A model generated the notes under the pieces. That model had not been told where the DNA came from. It worked only from the letters and a program-made list of their open reading frames with translations, and made no database searches. A stretch of DNA of 43,561 nucleotides from Macrostomum lignano (Eukaryota), in the NCBI GenBank assembly GCA_002269645.1, contig NIVC01004513.1:1-43561 (forward strand). The letters are read 5' to 3'. Position 1 is the first letter of the stretch, and every line of letters begins with the position of its first letter. Shown piece after piece: positions 1 to 12,900 of the stretch. The position numbers were made by a program, and so were the translations under genes.

Positions 1-3000
1 GGGTCTGGCGCGAAATTTTGTGGAACCATGGGCGCGAAAATTGCATTCTTATTTTCTGCTTTTTACACACTTATTCTCTTGTCAGACAGTATGAAATACA
101 AGAATGTCATAGCTTAGGAGATTAATCTAAAAACTGAGTTCAATCTTTATCATTTTACTTCATGTCTTTAGTCAACGTCGTCAATCACCAGCACAAGCAT
201 CGTCTGCCTGCAGACATCGCCAACAAGAAGTTCAGGCGGGACACGGCTGGGACTTGAGAGACATGCTAATTGGTAGCCAGACGCATCTTCAAAAGTGTCA
301 TCAATTGACTTATTTGGCTGTCAGTAGAATATTATTGGCATGGCGCGAAAATTTTCAGTCGGCGCGAAATTTGGCAAACTTTCCAATCACACCACTGCTT
401 ACCTGCCGCTTGCCGGGCTTCGATCTGTCCGGATGCAGTGGGAGGCGTCGCCGCCCACGGACAGCTACTGCTGCTGTATCACTCAGGGAGACTTGGTTGT
501 GCTGGTGTCCGCAGCAAAGTCCAGGAATAGTGAATGTTCGCTCGCCAACAGCGGACGAGCTGGCAGAGATTCTTTGAGCTCCGCGGATGGCGGGGGAGGA
601 ACGGGATGGCTTAGTGAGACTGTCGCAGTTGGGTATTTGCTCACCTCTCACCTACCTCTTCACTGGTTGATCCGAGCGGCGACGACGGTAGGAGCCACGG
701 GCAGGCTTCCAAATAAGGACCCGAGCCGGTTTTAGCTGTTTTATTGTCTGATAGCTGAAACTTCTTTTTGAATACGGTAGATCTACTGCCGGTGTGCCAA
801 ATATTTGTAGCCAGCGATGGAGTTGGGACCCGTCAGTGAAGCAGTGTTTGCCAGCTGTCCTTTGCTTCGTGACTTAGTAATGCTGGTTTTGAGTTTGAGT
901 TGAACGCAGCGTGGACGGGATTCCACCCGAGAGGGCCTCCCGCTGCTTCCAGGTCACGCAGGTGAGATCGCCGTAGGTTTGATTTCTAAAACCGAACTTG
1001 CTTTTGGGTGGGGACGCTCACGTCTGGGAGACGGCGGGTGGCCTTTAACGCTTCCGTTCGAACAAAGAGGTTAAAGGAAGACTTCCAGGAAGGAGTGCTA
1101 GAATGTACAGGGTGCCGCGCCCATGGTGGCTCGACAAGGGCGGCCCTGCATCCTGTTGAGGGCTTCAAGAACCCCTTTCACCTCCAAGGCACTGTTTCAA
1201 ATGAAGCCAGCAAAGGAGCCAGACCTGCAGTGCTAATCCAGCACAGGCGACGGGGTGAAATGAGTTCAATTTCATTGCATTTTTATAACGGTTTTTCCGA
1301 TTATTTGATCCCGGGCTTTTAGATCCTTCGGCTTAATCCAAATTTTTAATCCCGAGATTTAGCCAGATATTGCGATTCCCACTGCTGCGCCGCTGCTATT
1401 CTAATGAATGGTAATTCATCTCGAACTGTTCCTTATGGAGTTTAGTGATGTTCTATTATTTTGAGTAGAATCAAATAATTTTAGCTTATTTAAAAATAGT
1501 GAAGACTAATGCAACACTCTAAATTAAACTTTGCAAAATAATTGCTCTTTCTGCGATTAATTTTGAAAAGTTTTTTTAGAAGCTATAAAACGTGAAAATT
1601 AAAAAATGCTCACAAAAGCTCAATTAGCTGCTAAATGGCTGCTCTGCTAATGCTAAAAAATTCAACAAATTACTTTTGATCAAAAGCGTTGTTTCAGAAA
1701 GGCTTCATAAATTTGTCACCCACGATTCATGCAGAATAACCGTGGTGTCAGAATCTTAGGAAAAGAATGATTTCAAACTGCAGAGAACTGCTGCTTGCGT
1801 GCTCAAGCCTAGAAACCCTCCTCAGTCCTTGCAGCTGGCCCAGCCGAAGCGCTACTCTGAATTGGGCAACCCCTGTAACTGCATCCCGTTCCACTCAATC
1901 CCTGTGCAGAGGCTGACTGGCTGTGGAGTCAAGTCCTGGCGGTGTCGTTCGTGCAAGTAGATGCTGTTCGTGGGCCTCGCCCTTCCTGCTTACTGGCCTC
2001 GGCCATTGTAAACATCGGCTTCTTCAGTCGGGCCATTGTGTCTTAAGTATGGTTGGAAATCTTTTCATCGATGTTGAAAATTAACCGAATCATCACTTCG
2101 TCACACGCATGATTGTCTATAATACTGCTGTGTCCGTAGAGCTAAGTAAAAGTACGTGATGCTGTTCCCTATTTATAAAGTTCATTGGGCCGTGTGCTTA
2201 AAGTCTAGCAAACACTTAAATTTCTTAAAGCAAGTGGTCGCTGTTTTCTTGTGCTTCATTAGAGCCGTGCTCATCCATGTCAGTTTGACCGTAAACTAGT
2301 TGTATTGTCACCCGAGAGGATTTGCACAGACAGTCCAGAGTTGAATTTAGTCAAGCTTCAGATTTCATTGAAGTAACACCGTATGCATTAAAGCTCTGAA
2401 GTACATGTCAGGCTCCAAAGCCGGACCTCCGATCCCTGGTTGAGGCCAGTTTGTAATTCTGGCTCTATCAAAGTTATTCAACTTTAACCATATGGTCTCG
2501 GGACCAGCAGCTTGTTGGTTTTAATTAACGATCAAATTGAGCAGCTGTTTGCGAAATAAGCAAGGGTGCTTAAGGATTGCGTTGGCTCAGGTTTTGATGG
2601 CGAGTTCGGGTTCCGATGGGTCCAGAAACTTTTGAGCTACCAGCTATCAGGTGTCCGCCGCTGTATTCATTTGAATGGTAATCAACGCATATATGCCCTG
2701 CTTTTGCTCTCAATGAACGCCCTGATTCCATTTGGCGTGCGAGGGTGGGACTTCTGTGTTCAGCTTCTGGATAGCAGACTTTAGACTAAGCTTTTTAATT
2801 TGTGTTCTGGCTCTGACCGTCTGAGAATGAGTTGCAGTGTGGGTAATAGCAAGTCTAATTAATAATTCTGTAGCTTTAATAGTAACAGTAGAATTTCTTT
2901 GCTATGCTATGTTTTGCTATGAAAGTTTGGAACGTTGAATAGTACATGTGGATAAGGAACTTGGGTAAACTGTTTCGAACTTGGATGAATTTAACTTCGT

Positions 3001-4424
3001 ATGAACAGATAAAGTAAGCACGCTTATCACTCACAATGTCACTCATTTGGTTTGACAAATTCTTGCGCTTGCTACGCTTTGCGCTTTACAAGAGAGACCA
3101 GCAGATCGAAGAGAAACAGAGACACTACGGTGCACACGAAATCTGCTGGAAAAATTCTTGCGCGTCCGTCACCACACAATCTGCTTTACAAGAGATCAAC
3201 AGATCGAAAAAACGAAGAGGCACTGGGAACACGCAAAATGCCCAGCACCATCCCGTTCAACCCGAATTCCCAGCCTTTCCAGCTGCCCTTTGCACGCCTG
3301 CTTCCAATTATGGGCTGTCGGAGAAGCAAGAAGAAGGAATCAGTGCTTTCAATTCTTTTTCCCTAGACTTCACTTATGTGGCATGCCCGCTCCCAATGCC
3401 CATTACTGTAGTCCTGAAGACCAAGGACCGATGCGCAGGGCAAGCGTCGGCATATTTCAGAAACTATCAGATTTAGTGGCATGCTTGTATATTCTATTGA
3501 CACAGGGGCAAATGGCATTCCTTGGTCTCAGTTTACTTATTATTGTGTACTTATACAGGTAATACGGCAGATTCGTTTCACCTCGCCGTGGCACCTGAAT
3601 TCCTGTTTAAAGATAAAGTGACTTTATAACTCCTGCTTGTTCAAACAGTAATTGCTCTGGCTATGTGTACACCAGCTACTTACTAATCAAAGTGGTAATG
3701 CCACCCTGGCTGTTTGACCTTTGATTGTAAAAAGCCGGCAACTCTTTACGACCTCTATCTCCCTGGTACGTGGTAGATTCTCGTAGGATGCATCGGCACT
3801 GAAGACTTTTATGGCCCATTCTTGTTAGACTTTAGTAACAGTTTCACAGGAGCACACAACGCTAGCTGCTTCCTTTTGCAGTTACCTTTGCATGCGCACT
3901 TTCCTAGCTAGCCGTATAACACAATGCTTTATTTGAACTGGGTCATCGGTTTGGAGCATTGGGGTGAAAAAGATCAATGACCGTGTGCTTTAGCGACAAG
4001 GTTAGCGACTTCTTTCTCAAAACTGATGAAACTGCATGGCAAACTCCTAGAATTTTGTCTTATTCAAGCTTGGAAGTTTGTCTAATTTATTCATCACACA
4101 AACCATCCCACCAAACTTGGTCTGTGAATTCATTTTCGCAGTTTCTTGTTTTGGGATTTTAGCATCAGAACAGTCGGCCAGAGATGGCTCTCTCATAGTT
4201 GATTGGCTGAGGCTAAAATACAGGGAATACTGAAAGCCATGCACCAAGAGCTTGCCCCATTGGACCTCAGGCGATAGTTCTGTGCATTAGATGGTATACC
4301 GCATACAGTCGGACCTGCCCCGCCTACTAGCAGCTGAGAGATCCTAAATCAACCGGATCGAAACGCCCAAGGCAAAGTAATCTGTCGGCACTTTTGGCCC
4401 TTGACTCTTCAGCTCTATCACTGC

Positions 4425-7400
4425 ATGAAAGGTGCATTCTTTAACGACTCATCTGAAGGAGCCAACGCTACTGGCAATGGCACCGAGGACGATTGCGCTA
4501 AAAGCTTACGTCTCTTCACTGACAGCGAGCGCCGCTTCATTCTTGTCACTGACGTTGGTCTATCCTCCGCAATCTGCTTGCTTGGCCTGCTTCTCAATTC
4601 ACTGTCTATTGTCGTGCTCAAGCGAGATGTGCGCCGATCATCAATGAGTATTCTACTCCTGGCTCTTGCAATCTGTGAGCTTTTTATTTCCTTTTTGTTA
4701 GTACAAAAAATACAGGGTGCAAACGATGGGATTACCTTTTCGGGTCTAGAAAGGCACCTCCGCACAATCTTTTTCTTCCCAAGACTAACAGTATTTCAGG
4801 TTTCAACTTAGCGTCGTGGCTTGAACGTTCAGATTTTTTACTTACTCAGATTATACCCCAGAAATATGCCACTCCCAAAAATCGCCACCTTTACATGAAT
4901 TCCTCATTTCTCTAGGAAACAGAGCCTTTCGCGAATTTCAGGAGCTCTGAGCCCATTTCTAACTGACTGGTGGCTGCTTCCCCACCTAATCCCCTTCTAT
5001 TTAGCTTTATGCTATTCGAGATACTATTTCTTTTTTCACTAGATTACCAGCATAGATATGCATCCTAATTTGATGCATATTTTATCAACCCGAGAATGGA
5101 CGTCGTGTTGCTTTTATCAAAATGCTTTTAGTGAACTTCTTGTAGTGCAAGATAAGAAATGTGACGTGAGGAACAATATGTATAAGGATTCTTTAGTGCA
5201 AGAAAGGATTTAGCGTGAAAGAAAATCTCCCGTTTACAGCAAAAGAAGCTCGATCGCCAGAGCCAAGGCTTAGTTAAACTGAGACGTTTCACTTCGGATT
5301 GACGCGTTTGCTCACGGCCCGATCTCAACTCTCGCACTCGTCTTTTGAAAAGTTGTTCATCTTGATTTTTGAGCTCGCTATCGGTACTTCTTTAAATCCC
5401 GATCGCCCCCTGGAGCGCGCACTGGCTGAGTGTTTCCAGCTCGTACCAAGAGTGAGTGGCCGACTGTGAGGCCAGTGGAGGAGGGGGGGGGAGAAAAAAG
5501 TTAGCAAAGTGAGCCAGGGAGCAAGAAGCTTTTTCTCTTTTCGCTTTGCCTGATTGAGCATACAAACCCCCGGTTAATATCGCAACTTGCGTTCGGCTTG
5601 ATTAGCCAGGAGATTCGCCGGCGAGAGCCCTTTTGCTCCTTTGCTCTGATGCAGCTTAATCATCCTTTCGTTTCTCTTGACTGGCATCCCGAGAGACTGT
5701 TTATCAGAAGAAAATTCCAACTTGAGTCATTTTTGGACCCCCGGGAGGGAACGCGCTTGCAGCTACGAGTAACTCACGAGCAACTCAAGGCTCCTGCTGA
5801 GTATGTATATATTAACCAGTGATTAAGAACAGTTTGACTTTTCCCTGTATTTAAGCTTGGCACACTTTCGACTTTGCCCGTCGAAATTTTCTTATAAAAA
5901 AATAATCTAGTCATTTATAACGAAATCGTTTAAACAAGAGTTCTTTTTGTTCGGTGCATACGCTCGTATGTATACGAGACCCAATAAAGTACTGACATTT
6001 TCAGTCCTGTTGTACAACTGATTTCAGGTGACATTTCGATTTCGCTTTTCGTTAATTTCAGCGGAAATTAATTAATTCTTCGATCTACCAATGCATGACG
6101 TTTGCAGTAGGCTGTGATTCCAAAGGGTCAGGGTCGCCACTGAGTTGTCAGCCGGTAACTTGGCTACTGTTGCCTAAGCACCATATTGAAGTCCATTTTG
6201 ATCAATGCATGATTAGTTCTGATCAGCGTGTACGAGTACAGAAAACCAATTCTAGCTGGGTTGGGCCTCTGGAACTCATCATCCGGCACAGAGTTTGATG
6301 CACCGGGATGCAAATGATACGCTTGTTGAATACACTCTTTTGTCCTAATTTTGTTCTTATTTATAAAAAATTGCAGCCTTCCTCCACTGTAGCTGAACTT
6401 GAAGCACACATGCGGGATAAATTAAGTTTCTGTTTCTTCTCTGTAACAGCTGTAATAAAAAATCTTAAGTGGATTCAGGCGCTGTCAATCAACGAACTTA
6501 TTAGTATGCTATTCTATTGGATATTCTATTGGATATGTGGGAAAAGTTTTACTTCAAACTTTCCCTCTTCAAATTTTCCCCTGTTTTATTTCGAGCGTAA
6601 TGATTAAAGTACGCTTTTACCCGCGTAAGAACGGTCGTTAACGAAACACTGTACCTGAATCTGTCACAATTCAGTGGCAAGACATTCTACCGACACCCAA
6701 CCAACTGATTTTCTTCATTGCAGTCGATTTGACCTTCATCTTACTGTCGGCGCCCTACTTCGTTGTGTACATGGGCCTGGGCTCCATCATCCAGGACTCA
6801 CATGGCGTAACTCTGCAGACATGGCTCCATGCCAGTCCCGGCATTCAGTTAATCCTGCCAGCTGTTTATTATCTGGGCAATGTTGCACGAACAGGTCGGA
6901 ACTGGATTGTCCTGCTGGTGGCACTGGATCGCTATATGGTTGTGCAGAATCCGTTCTTATCCACGCAGCGCAGCAATCCGAAGCGGTCAAGGCTTTACTG
7001 CATATGCGTCACGATTACGGCCATGTTTTACAACTTCCCGCTATTCCTGGAGTATAAATCGGATACGATAAAGTGCTTAAATATCAGCTTGATTTTGGCG
7101 CGCCCGAAAAGTCTGGGTAGTGCGTACATGTTTATATATAAGAAATTGCTGTACATTCTCCTGCTTACAGTTGGGCCTATGTTATGCCTGACGGCCCTTA
7201 ACATTCTTTTGATTCGAAGTTTGCTGGTGGCCTCGCGAATCCGCGCCGCCATTACTCGGGAGACCACGCGGCGCACTGAGGAGACCAAAATGCTGGTCGT
7301 CATTATTGCCGTGTTCGTGCTTACCGAGATACCTGGCACCATCTGGCACATGCTCCTGGGCACAAAATTCGACAAGAGCGCATGGTTCAACTCATACTTG

Positions 7401-7832
7401 TACTCGGTTGGCTCGCTACTGACACTATTCAATTCCGCTATCAACTTTTTCATTTACTGCGTTTGGAGTCGCAACTTTCGGCGCAACATGCTCTACGCCA
7501 TGCGCCGGCGAAAGAAGCCACCGGCCCGGGTGATTCGCTTTGACTCCGACTCAGACCGCACCCGGCAGCTCTTGCTACAGCAGCAGCAGCAGCAGCTGCT
7601 GTGTGTTCGGCAGCCACCGGGTCCCGAGCAGCAGCGACATCAACAGCGCGCGGAGTCCCTTCCTATGCAAGTTCTGCGCGCTTCACCGTTGAACAGTGCA
7701 GGCGGTGTCGCTGATGGCTGCGGTGTTGCTGGAGGCTCTGTTGATGAAAACTGTGACAGTAGAAGTGACAGCAGTGACCGCAATCACAATTTTCAGCAGC
7801 AGCGCGTGCAAATCAATCCCCTGCGTGTGTAA
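4425..7832 (+). CDS. Class A (rhodopsin-like) peptide GPCR, FMRFamide-receptor-like; join(4425..4674,6724..7832), 452 aa
   Basis: Exon 1 has an ATG, N-glycosylation sequons (NDS, NAT, NGT), TM1 and the start of TM2. The GT donor at 4675 and AG acceptor at 6722-6723 join in phase 1 to give LALAIFDL. Exon 2 has ALDRY (TM3), the remaining TM helices, NSAINFFIY (NPxxY-like) and a Gln-rich tail. Confidence 0.9.
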
Positions 7833-9098
7833 GAGATGCCCGCTGAATGCAAGGTACGACGTACCATTTTATCTATTGGCATAACAACTCTTATACTAGG
7901 TGGACGTGGTAGCCTGCACTGCAAATGAACTATAGCTTATAGTTATATTCAGCTTCCCCAAACACTAGCATTCTCTGCAGAGCCCGCAGGTTCTTGCAAT
8001 AACTATGCCTAGATACCTCAGCTACCATGCATTTTGCGCGGTATAAAATCTAAAAGCCCGCCACTTGGAGTCTTCTCGCAGACAGATTCAGTTAAAATTC
8101 AATATCAAGTTTGCACTGGCTATACACTTCGGGGAAAATATGGAACTGTAACATGCTGATTCATTGTTGCATATGCTTGCGTAATTACTTTTGTGTTTGC
8201 ATTTGATTTTTACTTCTGAATTCAAATATACAGTAGGCTATAAAGTGTGCTTCATGCTGTTGAGACTGTGTGTTTGAATTTTGCACTGAAAGATTCTGCG
8301 TTGAAGATGTCTGTGGTTGGATAGCAAAACAATTTAGTGGCTTTGTTTTGAGCGAACGGCAGAGTATCGCATTTCAGTGTAAATAAGTCCCAGAACTTTG
8401 TATTTTTCATCATAATACATGAACACAAGAGTTTTTTTCCAGAACGAACTCTAGCCATATTGCCTTGTACAAGCTGGCGCAGGGGGGTCGCCCAAATCCC
8501 CACTCCTGTGGCTTCCCAAGCTAACGAATCGGCATAGCATGGGTCGAAGGGTTGCCTGCCTCGGTGCTCTGTGCCGGCAAGCAGGACTGAAAAGCAGGAA
8601 AGGGGCTGCTGCAGAACAGGACTAATTGCTGCAGCCGGTTTCATGCTCGAGTGACTTTACCAAAGCTGCTGCGCTTGTAGCAGAAAAAATAAGCTTTTGG
8701 TTGATGGATTGCCTTATCCCCTTAAACCACTGTTAACCGTCTTCGATCGCAAGAATTTTCAATCCAACGAATCCAATACATGCCACTGCATGAAAGTGAA
8801 AGGCTTGTGCGATTGTCTTACTGAAAAATTGGATGGCCGTACAAATAACTGATGGCGTTTTATGTATCTTTGTCTTAAAAATGTATAAACGCGCTATTAA
8901 AATTAAATACTTAAAACCAGATAGAAAGCCGTAAGCTTGTGATATGACTATAAATTGTATATGAAGTAAATTAAATTAAACAACTTTAAAAATAAGACCA
9001 AATTCGTGTGATCACACCATTTGTACTTCCACTTTCATTCGTTTTTGCACATTAGTAGTGTGAGTTGATTCCTCATTCGGTGGCAGTGTGAATGAGCC

Positions 9099-9547
9099 TT
9101 TGGGTACACGAGCTATAGCCCTTCAAAATAAGCAGAAATGCTCTAAATTGCTTTTGGGTACACGAGCTATAGCCCTTCAAAATAAGCAGAAATGCTCTAA
9201 ATTGCTTTTGGGTACACGAGCTATAGCCCTTCAAAATAAGCAGAAATGCTCTAAATTGCTTTTGGGTACACGAGCTATAGCCCTTCAAAATAAGCAGAAA
9301 TGCTCTAAATTGCTTTTGGGTACACGAGCTATAGCCCTTCAAAATAAGCAGAAATGCTCTAAATTGCTTTTGGGTACACGAGCTATAGCCCTTCAAAATA
9401 AGCAGAAATGCTCTAAATTGCTTTTGGGTACACGAGCTATAGCCCTTCAAAATAAGCAGAAATGCTCTAAATTGCTTTTGGGTACACGAGCTATAGCCCT
9501 TCAAAAATGCCCCAAATGGCTTTTGGGTACAGGAGTTCTAGCCCTTT
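9099..9547. repeat. 54 bp minisatellite, ~8.3 copies
   Basis: Near-perfect tandem unit TTTGGGTACACGAGCTATAGCCCTTCAAAATAAGCAGAAATGCTCTAAATTGCT. Confidence 0.97.
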
Positions 9548-9913
9548 AAAATAGAGATAAATAAGCTTTGTACAACTACAACAACAAAAATAAGGTCTAT
9601 TTCGCCTGTACACAGTGTTTGAGTGCGGTTTTCATCCGGTGATATCTACATTTTTTCGGTATTCAACTTGTAGGATATGTCGGGAACACAATAGACTTCT
9701 AAAAATAGCCCTACGACAATGCAGTTTTCAAAAAATACTGCATTGGATAGCATAACTACCAGTGCCATAGACGTCCGCATGCTCAAACTTTTGTGGGATA
9801 ATTAAAAAAACTTCATCTTGTCAAGCTTGATGAAGTACGTAATATTGTATGGATTAAAAATTATGGACCATTAAGTTATGTTTTAGAAAAAAAGCAAATC
9901 CCGCCCCCCCCCA

Positions 9914-12900
9914 ATGTCTAATCCATCCGCACCGGCTGCAGAAGAGCTTGCTTCCGATCAGATCTTTATCGATTTCGAAATCGATAGCGAGTGGAAAAAG
10001 TGCATCTACAGTGACTGCAGCAGAGCGGGACCACAGCGGTCTCGAAATAACTCTTCCACCGCCCTACCGGCGAGCTCAAGTCCTGTTCCAGTGGTGAGGC
10101 TTTTTAAAATCTCCTGAATATACGCAACTCACGCCCACTGTAGGCCTAAAATGAGACTGCGAATAGTAAAACCATTTAAATATAGTGTTCAAGAATCAAG
10201 AACTACTCCTAACTACTACTAGAGCTTACTAGTCTCGCGCAGTGCCAGTGGTTTAGATTGCTTCTAACCAGAGAAACCCGCCTACGGCCACAGCCAGAGC
10301 CGGGCTTCCTGCACGGCTGCCAGAAGACTTTGCGACAGTCCTTTGAGGCCACGAGCCTTCGTCGGGATGCGCACAGTGTCACCCTCTGGCTGTGCGTCAG
10401 GAAGCACAATTACGAGAACTACTTGTGGCAGTTTGTGCGCCTTGGCCGGTTCCACGGGAGCGAAGCGTACTCAAACTTGTCGCTGTGGACTGTTCAGCTG
10501 CGAGTTCGAATGCACCGACGAGTTCCCTTTGGTTGTCTTCTGCGAGGTCTTTGCTGCCGCTTCGGGCTCGGCTCGACAAGTGAGGCTCTTAAACTGTGTT
10601 TGGACGGCTTCTACGGCATGCCTGGCTTTGGCGACATATTTGGAAACCATAGTGACGGTAAGCTGTGAGCCATGGCATATTATTAAACTTACTTTAAATT
10701 ATATTATACTGAAGTAGTATATTAAAGTTCATTTTTTACTTCACTACTTGTCGCACAAATTGAGTCACGTCACATAACAATGAAGATTGCGGTGCGAAAA
10801 CAAAAAAATAGAAGACATTTAAGATTGACAAGCAAAAAATAGCTACGAAATTTTAACATAGTACTTGGGGCTCTGAGCACTTCAACGTTGAGAACTCGAG
10901 TGATGCGGAGCTGTGCTCAAATTCGTGTGCACCACGCCAGAAGAGGCACCCTCTGCGTTCAACCAGGCCCAAGGCGGAGACATTCTACCATTGTCTGTCT
11001 CGAAAACCACAGACACAATCGATCATTGTCTGCCTCCAAAACCATAGACACAATCTACCATTGTCTACCTCCAAAACCATAGACACAATCTACCATTGTC
11101 TACCTCCAAAACCATAGACACAATCTACCATTGTCTGCCTCCAAAACCACAGACACAATCGATCATTGTCTGCCTCCAAAACCACAGACACAATCGATCA
11201 TTGTCTGCCTCCAAAACCATAGACACAATCTACCATTGTCTACCTCCAAAACCATAGACACAATCTACCATTGTCTACCTCCAAAACCATAGACACAATC
11301 TACCATTGTCTGCCTCCAAAACCATAGACACAATCTACCCTTGTCTGCTTCAAAAAACACAGACACAATCTACCATTTACCATACAACCTCCAGAACTAT
11401 GGACCCAATCTACCCATTTTTTAGACTGGTGTCCCCAAATCGAGAGTTAAAAAAGTGGATGACAGACAAACTTGTGCTAAACAGTCCTGTTTTTCACATT
11501 TAGATGCAGTTCCGTGGATGGAAATCTCAAATCAATCAACGGCGGACAGCCTCCAGCTACACGATGGAGACATTATATTTGTCAGCTATTCAAACGAAAA
11601 ACTCGAAAGCCTGGCTAGAGCTCGGAAGCGTGCTCTCGTAAATCAGTCGGCATCCAGCAACGTTGCTCGGTCTTTTGCTCCCAGAAGCAGTACAACCAGC
11701 GATACTGACTCTATTTCTTTAGCACCATTCGGAAAGCTTTCAAAGCCAATCTCGCAGAATGCCATGCCACTGGCAGATTCGGTCTCGCCGCCGCCACTGC
11801 ACATGGCGACAAAGATGCCTACGCAGCCTCGGGCCCGGTGCGCATCAATGCCCGCGGCTCACCCGGGCCAGCCAATGTGCATCTCTGCCGCCGCCACCTC
11901 GGCAGACATCCAGTTCTGTGAGGCGGTTATCAACACCAGCAAAACAGAGTTGGTGCATTTACGACTTGGTTTTTCTTTCTTTGTCTATGCGGCTTTGACT
12001 TATGACCCCAGGAAAAATATTTTCATACACGATACCTGGTTGATTCTTCAACCAGGCTTTAGCCACTTCATTCAGTGTGTAGGCTCTCATATTTCGTATC
12101 AATCGGATCAGATTATTGAGATTTTCATTTACCAATTTTTATGATATCTCGTAAACATCTAACTGATTAACAAACAAACAGGTTAGACCAAAGCCTGGCT
12201 GAGGATGGCATCGAGACAGAAGTGTTCGCAAAAGATGGCTGGGGCCTTCATCCCGGTGCACTAAATAAGCTACATCAAGCGCATTCAGACATTGGAGACC
12301 TCGTGCGCGTGTCCTATCCCAGCTCCAAGCGTACAGAGAAACTTGGCTTAGTGCTCACACCGGAGCTGATGACTTGGATGTTGGACGCTGCCAAAGATCA
12401 CCGCACTCCACTCATCCATCCACTGCTCCCGAAAATACGGGCAAAGGTGTTCAGGTGCGACACAGCCTCAGACGTTGATGCCGCCGATGGACTCGGAGCT
12501 GGCATCGGAGCTGGTAGAGGAGCTCTTGAGGAGCTGCGAAATTTCGCCAGCAAAGTTGACAGCATGCTGCGGGTCCGCTGCGCCGGCTCAGGAAGCTTCT
12601 TGGATATCTGGTCGCCAGAGAGTGCAGCCTATTTTGTCGTGGATACTTTCTTTGGTTCCTCGATCTGCAGCATCTATGGAATCGAGCGGGACCATCGCTT
12701 CCACTCGTACGCTGTGGACGCAGCGTTGCATGAGCTTGAAAAAGGTTTTGTGACATTCTTCAGCGGCAATTCCGGTAGTCAAGCAAAATTGCGTAAAGCC
12801 GACCTGGACAAAGCCTGGGAGAATCTCTATCGCCTGCACCCGACAGCCCAGGAGCTGGCTGCCGCTGAGCCATGTCATCATTTCAAGGATTTACTCAACA

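Noticed and set aside
166-735. Minus-strand spliced gene fragment (donor at 402, acceptor near 315)
   Set aside because: Splice signals exist, but no frame gives a recognisable protein or a consistent upstream exon.
8252-8644. 130 aa minus-strand ORF with a faint HECT-like ending
   Set aside because: No catalytic Cys motif or other family signature; likely a chance ORF.
9073-9549. ORFs of 143 and 153 aa with 18-aa repeats
   Set aside because: They arise from a 54 bp (multiple of 3) minisatellite open on both strands; there is no coding evidence.
11455-12144. USP47/USP40-like C-terminus, or a terminal exon reading through to 12144
   Set aside because: The SUMO-like alignment across the spliced exons explains more residues. 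The 65-codon read-through is T-rich and intron-like, but it remains a caveat for the fusion model.
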